A stretch of 64,000 nt of DNA. Source: a virus. The position numbers were made by a program, and so were the translations under genes. Shown here one piece after another: positions 59,375 to 64,000 of this stretch (within the stretch, counting starts at the first letter, position 1; the number at the start of each line of letters is the position of its first letter). The DNA is taken from IMG/VR virus record IMGVR_UViG_3300042429_001107. One strand, given 5' to 3'. The notes below the pieces were generated by a model. It saw only the letters and a program-made list of their open reading frames with translations, was not told the DNA's origin and did no database searches.

Positions 59375-61432
59375 TTAGCTAGCTAAAAATGCGTCAAACG
59401 AAGTCAAATAGTTAAATCCTGATTCATTCTTTTTCCATCCCTCCTTAGGAGCATTTAACTTAACCGCTTTATCTGCTTGAAATTCGCCTCTTGCTTTTTT
59501 GTTTGGTCCTGAGATCACCGTGTATTTCCCATCATTGAATAATGTCACTGTGCCTGCTGCTTCTTTTGATTGGTAAGTGTATGTTGCTTTACCACTAGGA
59601 CTTTGTCCCCAAGTGCCTTTCAATTTAGAAACTGCGGGGAATTTCTTTGTGAATTCTCCTTGAGATTTTTTCAATTTGTCTAATAGTTTTTCTGAACCTC
59701 CCCCTGCTTTAACTAGAGTTGCTGTACCAGTTACTCCTATTTTCTTTATTGCTTCTTTATCTTTAGCAGTTATATCAACTTTTATAGGCGCGATTATAGG
59801 ACCAGATTGTTTTTTAATTCCCGGTGATGGTGATTTTAATTTAGGGTTACCTGCTATTTTTTTAGATATTTCAACGTTTCTTTTGCCTAGCGAAATCATC
59901 CATCCAGTAACAGGTTTAACTTTAGGCTTAATATATTGATCAATAAATCTCTGTGCACATGATGACATAGGCTTAACAGCACCGGAAAGAGCACTTGATA
60001 TTATACCTCCTACAAATGATTTTCCATAATTCTTTTTGAAATTATCTATTCCTTTAGTAATTTTACCTGGTATTTCCATAAGTCCATTGATAGCTTTACC
60101 AACTAGTCCTATACCGGCTACAACGGAATCGTAAATCCACCCAAAACATGATTTACCTAAATAAACTAAGAAGTTAATAAGTAATTCACCAAATCCCCAA
60201 GCTCCTCCTTGTGATTCGTTTATTGTTTCATCCCATTCTTCTTGGTATTCTTCGTGATCTAATACTGCTTCTTTTCCTTTGTCTAATGCTGCATCTGCTC
60301 CTTTAGCTATTAATTTACCACCACCTTTAACAAGTTCACCAGCTTTCTCCATAAATGGTGCTTTCTCACAAAGTGTTGAGAAGAATTCGCCCATCCATTC
60401 TGAACATCCTATTACTTTACCAACTCCTGTACCTGCTATAGTAGCACCAAAAGCCACTTTATTAAATTTAGTAGCCCAAGTAAGAATACTCGATTTAAGA
60501 GAAATACCTAGCATTCCTGCCCCTGGAACTGCATCTGCAAATCCAGTGACACAATCTTTAATACCTAATATTAGCCCAACTGACCCAAGTACTATTTTAG
60601 CTCCGCCTTTTATTATATTTTTAACTTTATCAGCAGCTCCTACCTCTTTCATCGATGCAGAGATATTTTGTACCGCCTCGTAAATAGTTATTGCTCCTGC
60701 TATTGTAGTAAGAACCCCAGCTGCTGCCGTACCCCAAGCAGGAACAAAAGCAACTATACTTGATACAATTTGTAACGCTATACCCATTGCAGTAAGCGGA
60801 TTTTCTTTAATAAATGTAACAACGGCAGAAACTATTTTTTTACTGAATTCCCATACTGCTTTAGCTCCTGATGATAGAGCATCCCATGCTTGTACAACTT
60901 TCTTACCAACATAAGCTGCTGCTGCTTTAACAGGTTCAACTACATATTTTTTAACTGCATTTCCCACAGCTTTAACCGATTTTTTAACAAAATTACCAAC
61001 TGAGCTAACTATATCCCAAAATCCTTCAAGAATTAATTCAGATTGATTCATTAAGCTTTCTAATGTTGATTCTTTAACTATGTGAAGTCTATTATTTTTA
61101 AAAAGAACCACGTGTCCTTCTTCTATATTTTGGCCGCTCAAGAAAAATATTTCACCTTTAGAGTTAAACCAATCCTGATTGTGCTCGTATAGTACTCCTA
61201 GCTCGTATGTATAATAAGCTTGTTCAAGAAGCAAATTGTTTTCTTCTTCTGAGCTATTCTCATTTAAAGAGACTCCGAAGAAGTTTTTAAATTCTGAAAA
61301 ATCCCATGCTGCCATACAGTTTTCCCTAAGAGATGACATTTGATTTATTTTTGCTTCCAATAATCCATCGGAGTCAAAATTATATGATTCATCCACTTTA
61401 GTAAAATCGTCAAATAGTGATAAGTATCTCAT
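59375..61432 (-). CDS. Leader-bearing protein with amphipathic and hydrophobic helices, possible ejected membrane protein
   Basis: MRYLSLFDDF; many hxE sites; hydrophobic hairpin AMGIALQIVSSIVAFVPAWGTAAAGVLTTIAGAITI. Confidence 0.55.
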   Translation of the reverse strand: MRYLSLFDDFTKVDESYNFDSDGLLEAKINQMSSLRENCMAAWDFSEFKNFFGVSLNENSSEEENNLLLEQAYYTYELGVLYEHNQDWFNSKGEIFFLSGQNIEEGHVVLFKNNRLHIVKESTLESLMNQSELILEGFWDIVSSVGNFVKKSVKAVGNAVKKYVVEPVKAAAAYVGKKVVQAWDALSSGAKAVWEFSKKIVSAVVTFIKENPLTAMGIALQIVSSIVAFVPAWGTAAAGVLTTIAGAITIYEAVQNISASMKEVGAADKVKNIIKGGAKIVLGSVGLILGIKDCVTGFADAVPGAGMLGISLKSSILTWATKFNKVAFGATIAGTGVGKVIGCSEWMGEFFSTLCEKAPFMEKAGELVKGGGKLIAKGADAALDKGKEAVLDHEEYQEEWDETINESQGGAWGFGELLINFLVYLGKSCFGWIYDSVVAGIGLVGKAINGLMEIPGKITKGIDNFKKNYGKSFVGGIISSALSGAVKPMSSCAQRFIDQYIKPKVKPVTGWMISLGKRNVEISKKIAGNPKLKSPSPGIKKQSGPIIAPIKVDITAKDKEAIKKIGVTGTATLVKAGGGSEKLLDKLKKSQGEFTKKFPAVSKLKGTWGQSPSGKATYTYQSKEAAGTVTLFNDGKYTVISGPNKKARGEFQADKAVKLNAPKEGWKKNESGFNYLTSFDAFLAS

Positions 61433-61442
61433 TTTATGTTTT

Positions 61443-61742
61443 TTAGTTGTTATTATCGTCTGATATTAGGCCATTCTCTGTGTCGTGTGATAATTCAAAT
61501 GAGGATTTTAAGAAACCGTATACCTCTTCGACGTCATCTTTAGATGTTGCAATATGATCTAATGCCCATCCGTGACCATCTGTAAGTGTTGAATCCACCA
61601 TTGAATGATCCATTGCTAGAATCTCTTCGCACATTCTTTTAATATTAGATATGTTTGCAAAGAACATGTAATTTTCAGCCTCATCATGATTTTCTGAGAT
61701 TGATTTTTTGAATTGTGTAAATCTTTTAATAGAAGGTGTCAT
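61443..61742 (-). CDS. Hypothetical protein with leader
   Basis: MTPSIKRFTQF..ISE; NYMFF...WALDHIATSKDDVEEV. Confidence 0.55.
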   Translation of the reverse strand: MTPSIKRFTQFKKSISENHDEAENYMFFANISNIKRMCEEILAMDHSMVDSTLTDGHGWALDHIATSKDDVEEVYGFLKSSFELSHDTENGLISDDNNN

Positions 61743-61743
61743 A

Positions 61744-61902
61744 TTATCTGTTGCTTATTTTAAAGTTCATTAATGATAATGAAAATCTTCTTGCTGACCA
61801 ATCAAGGTCTAAATAGAAAACAGTTACTGCTCCTATTCTTATGTTTATTTGGATCTTATCCCATTGCTTGAATTTAGATCCCCATGTGTGTTTAAACTTC
61901 AT
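61744..61902 (-). CDS. Small hypothetical protein
   Basis: Start moved to 61902 (MKFKHTW) because GATATATA lies at 61920-61927. Confidence 0.45.
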   Translation of the reverse strand: MKFKHTWGSKFKQWDKIQINIRIGAVTVFYLDLDWSARRFSLSLMNFKISNR

Positions 61903-62047
61903 AATCTTATTGTTTCTTTTATATATCTCATTTCTTATAAGATACATATTGACCCATTCTTTAAACAGAATATGGAAAATTATTTATCCAATTAAATAAA
62001 TACAATACTATAGATATATAGATATATAAAACAAAAAATATAGCAGA

Positions 62048-62590
62048 ATGAAAAATCTTACAGTATACGAAACTTATTTAAATTCCGGTAGAGTTAACGA
62101 ACAAGCTCTTAAAAAAAATACTAAAACATTAATCAGAGACATTGCAGCACAAAACGGTGTTGATTCAGAAGAACTATTAATGATGGTTCAATCAGATCTT
62201 GAAGAAGATGGTGTTATGGAAAATAAAATTAACGAATGGATAGGTGGTGAATCTATTGCTACTATGGCTGATTTCTTTGTTATTTTACCTAGTGTTATTG
62301 CAGGATTAGTTACTCTTGCTTTAGGAGGTACAAGATTAGAAGGATGGGCACAAAATAAAAGATGGATTAAAGCTGAAGCAGAGCAAAGAGTTAAGGAAAT
62401 GATCAAAAAAGATGGAACTTTAATTGATAGACAAGCAGAATTAATCACTAAGGTTACTGAAGAACTTAAAAATGATCCAGCAGTTCAAGCTAAACTTAGT
62501 AAAGCTAAATGGGAAGGTGGATTAGATCACCCTTCTATCAAAAAAGATAGATCTACTTATAAGACTCACATCTTCGGAGGAGGTTATTAA
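62048..62590 (+). CDS. Leader-bearing single-TM protein
   Basis: MKNLTVYETYLN..VNE; TM FFVILPSVIAGLVTLALGG; tandem GATATATA at 62013 and 62021. Confidence 0.55.
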   Translation: MKNLTVYETYLNSGRVNEQALKKNTKTLIRDIAAQNGVDSEELLMMVQSDLEEDGVMENKINEWIGGESIATMADFFVILPSVIAGLVTLALGGTRLEGWAQNKRWIKAEAEQRVKEMIKKDGTLIDRQAELITKVTEELKNDPAVQAKLSKAKWEGGLDHPSIKKDRSTYKTHIFGGGY

Positions 62591-62607
62591 TATAAATTAA
62601 ACCCAAT

Positions 62608-62640
62608 AAAAAAGGCCTTTAATTATTTAAAGGCCTTTTT
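62608..62640. terminator. Bidirectional intrinsic terminator
   Basis: AAAAAAGGCCTTTAA-TTAT-TTAAAGGCCTTTTT between convergent genes. Confidence 0.85.
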
Positions 62641-62655
62641 AGTGATAAAATGGTT

Positions 62656-62991
62656 TTATTCTGATAATCTTTTCTCGTATTTTTCGGCTAATTTAGCGTA
62701 TCTAGTGAAGTCTCGGAGGTTTAAGTAAAGTAAAATACTTAAAGGCACATTTATTAACATTAGATAGTAAATAAACCATGTTTCTTGTACGCCAAAGTAA
62801 CAAAGTGCAGAGCAAATATAGGAGAATGCAGCAAAAAATATGTTTCTTCCCATGTTTTTGCTGAAGTATTCTTTCGATTGTTTGAATTCATTGATCATTT
62901 CTCTTTTTTTGAAGATATCTAATGAATCGAAATGCTCATCAAGAGATACTTCTGGCTTGATTGAGTTTATAATATTTGCTTCTTTTTTCAT
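62656..62991 (-). CDS. Two-TM membrane protein
   Basis: Two hydrophobic helices; AATCAT-class promoter upstream. Confidence 0.55.
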   Translation of the reverse strand: MKKEANIINSIKPEVSLDEHFDSLDIFKKREMINEFKQSKEYFSKNMGRNIFFAAFSYICSALCYFGVQETWFIYYLMLINVPLSILLYLNLRDFTRYAKLAEKYEKRLSE

Positions 62992-63065
62992 GACTTTATA
63001 TTTTGTTTATAAAGTAAATATAGATAATTCTAATTGTATAAAAAAATGATTCCTAGATTTTCACC

Positions 63066-63842
63066 TTAAGAGTTCCTATTATTATAATTTTTTTCGTAAT
63101 CTTTAAGAACATTTGGATTTGATTTAAGATAAGCTATTTCTTTATTTGTTTTTGTCTTCAATTCATTAGATAATGTTTTAAGCTTCGAAGAAAGAGATTG
63201 TGTAAATCCTGGAGTTTTTCTGTATGTTGAAAAGTAATCTATAAATCCTAATAACTTTGCTGGGTGATCCTTAGGATCTGATGATATACTTGGATCATTT
63301 ATTTTCCTAGTTAATATAAAAGTGCCATATCCTTCTCTACCACCATCTATCGGATTTGTGTTTCCTTCTATTCCAGTCCATGTTTTATTTGTTTTATCTA
63401 CCGATAGTACTATACCAGTATGACCTTTACCTGGATATGTGCCTTTTGATTTGTCCCTAGATAAATAACAAAATACCATCCCCGGTAAAATTAAATCTAA
63501 ATTTAGACCTGATTTATATTCTATTTTTTTTGCTCCTGTTTTCTCCCAATGTAATTTTACACTAGCAGAATTTGATATTTTATTTTTAATGTCTGAAGAG
63601 AATTGAGTTTTAGATAAAACGCCATGAATGAATCCTGCACACCAAGGATCTCCTGGCTTTGCGTTAACTCCTTTTAATAGCGATTCAACTTTAGTGCCTT
63701 TATTACTTCCTCTAGGAGCTTCTTCAGAATCAGCTGATTTAATAGCAGAATAAAAACTATTAACAATGGAATTTGTTACTTCTTTCTTTTCTGCCTTTTC
63801 GCTTTCAGTTATGTACTCAATAAATGATAAAATACTAATCAT
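63066..63842 (-). CDS. CHAP-domain peptidoglycan hydrolase with leader
   Basis: PWCAGFI, GHTGIV, IEGNT; MISILSFIEYITES; GATATATA on the minus strand at 63847-63854. Confidence 0.8.
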   Translation of the reverse strand: MISILSFIEYITESEKAEKKEVTNSIVNSFYSAIKSADSEEAPRGSNKGTKVESLLKGVNAKPGDPWCAGFIHGVLSKTQFSSDIKNKISNSASVKLHWEKTGAKKIEYKSGLNLDLILPGMVFCYLSRDKSKGTYPGKGHTGIVLSVDKTNKTWTGIEGNTNPIDGGREGYGTFILTRKINDPSISSDPKDHPAKLLGFIDYFSTYRKTPGFTQSLSSKLKTLSNELKTKTNKEIAYLKSNPNVLKDYEKNYNNRNS

Positions 63843-63845
63843 GGT

Positions 63846-64000
63846 TTATATATCTCTAACTAGCCTCACACAAAGTCTTTGTGTTTTAGGTATACCTCCA
63901 TACCTTGGTCCATTAAAATAATAGGCATATTGATTATAAGTGTGTTGATCATATTCAATAATATCACTAGTCCAATAAGCATCTCTAGAAAAATTTAATA
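63846..64000 (-). CDS. Partial gene: C-type-lectin-fold (DUF1566/Lcl-like) C-terminus
   Basis: ...DAYWTSDIIEYDQHTYNQYAYYFNGPRYGGIPKTQRLCVRLVRDI-stop; runs off the window end. Confidence 0.55.
   Translation of the reverse strand, partial: LNFSRDAYWTSDIIEYDQHTYNQYAYYFNGPRYGGIPKTQRLCVRLVRDI

Overview
AT-rich, gene-dense 64 kb segment of a large T4-related (jumbo-type) myophage genome. The host is most likely a Bacteroidota bacterium, based on Hc1-like and DUF4494-like genes, TAnnTTT(G/A) -7 promoter elements, no Shine-Dalgarno sequences and a tmRNA tag starting with Gly. It carries T4-like replication and recombination genes: RuvC-like resolvase, gp32 SSB, primase, UvsY, UvsW, sliding clamp, two topoisomerase II subunits, and a family B DNA polymerase split into two genes about 18 kb apart. 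It also carries nucleotide metabolism genes (nrdA, nrdB, dUTPase/dCTPase, adk), dnaJ, uvsE, an RNA ligase, a collagen-like fibre, a GT2-TPR glycosyltransferase and a tmRNA with an unusually long 32-codon tag. The most striking unexplained structure is a putative virion-cargo system. About 25 otherwise unrelated proteins start with a leader resembling the T4 capsid-targeting sequence (M-K/R-x-I-x-x-F-x-x-F-h-N-E), and most of their genes or operons follow a GATATATA motif. This set includes two MoxR-AAA/HExxH-peptidase/vWA modules, two OmpA-like proteins each facing a secreted partner gene, a CHAP amidase, an adenylate kinase, and three proteins sharing a C-terminal KGxxML(K/R)RFG tag. Three distinct promoter classes can be read directly from the intergenic DNA. 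All family assignments come from motif recognition by eye, not database searches.
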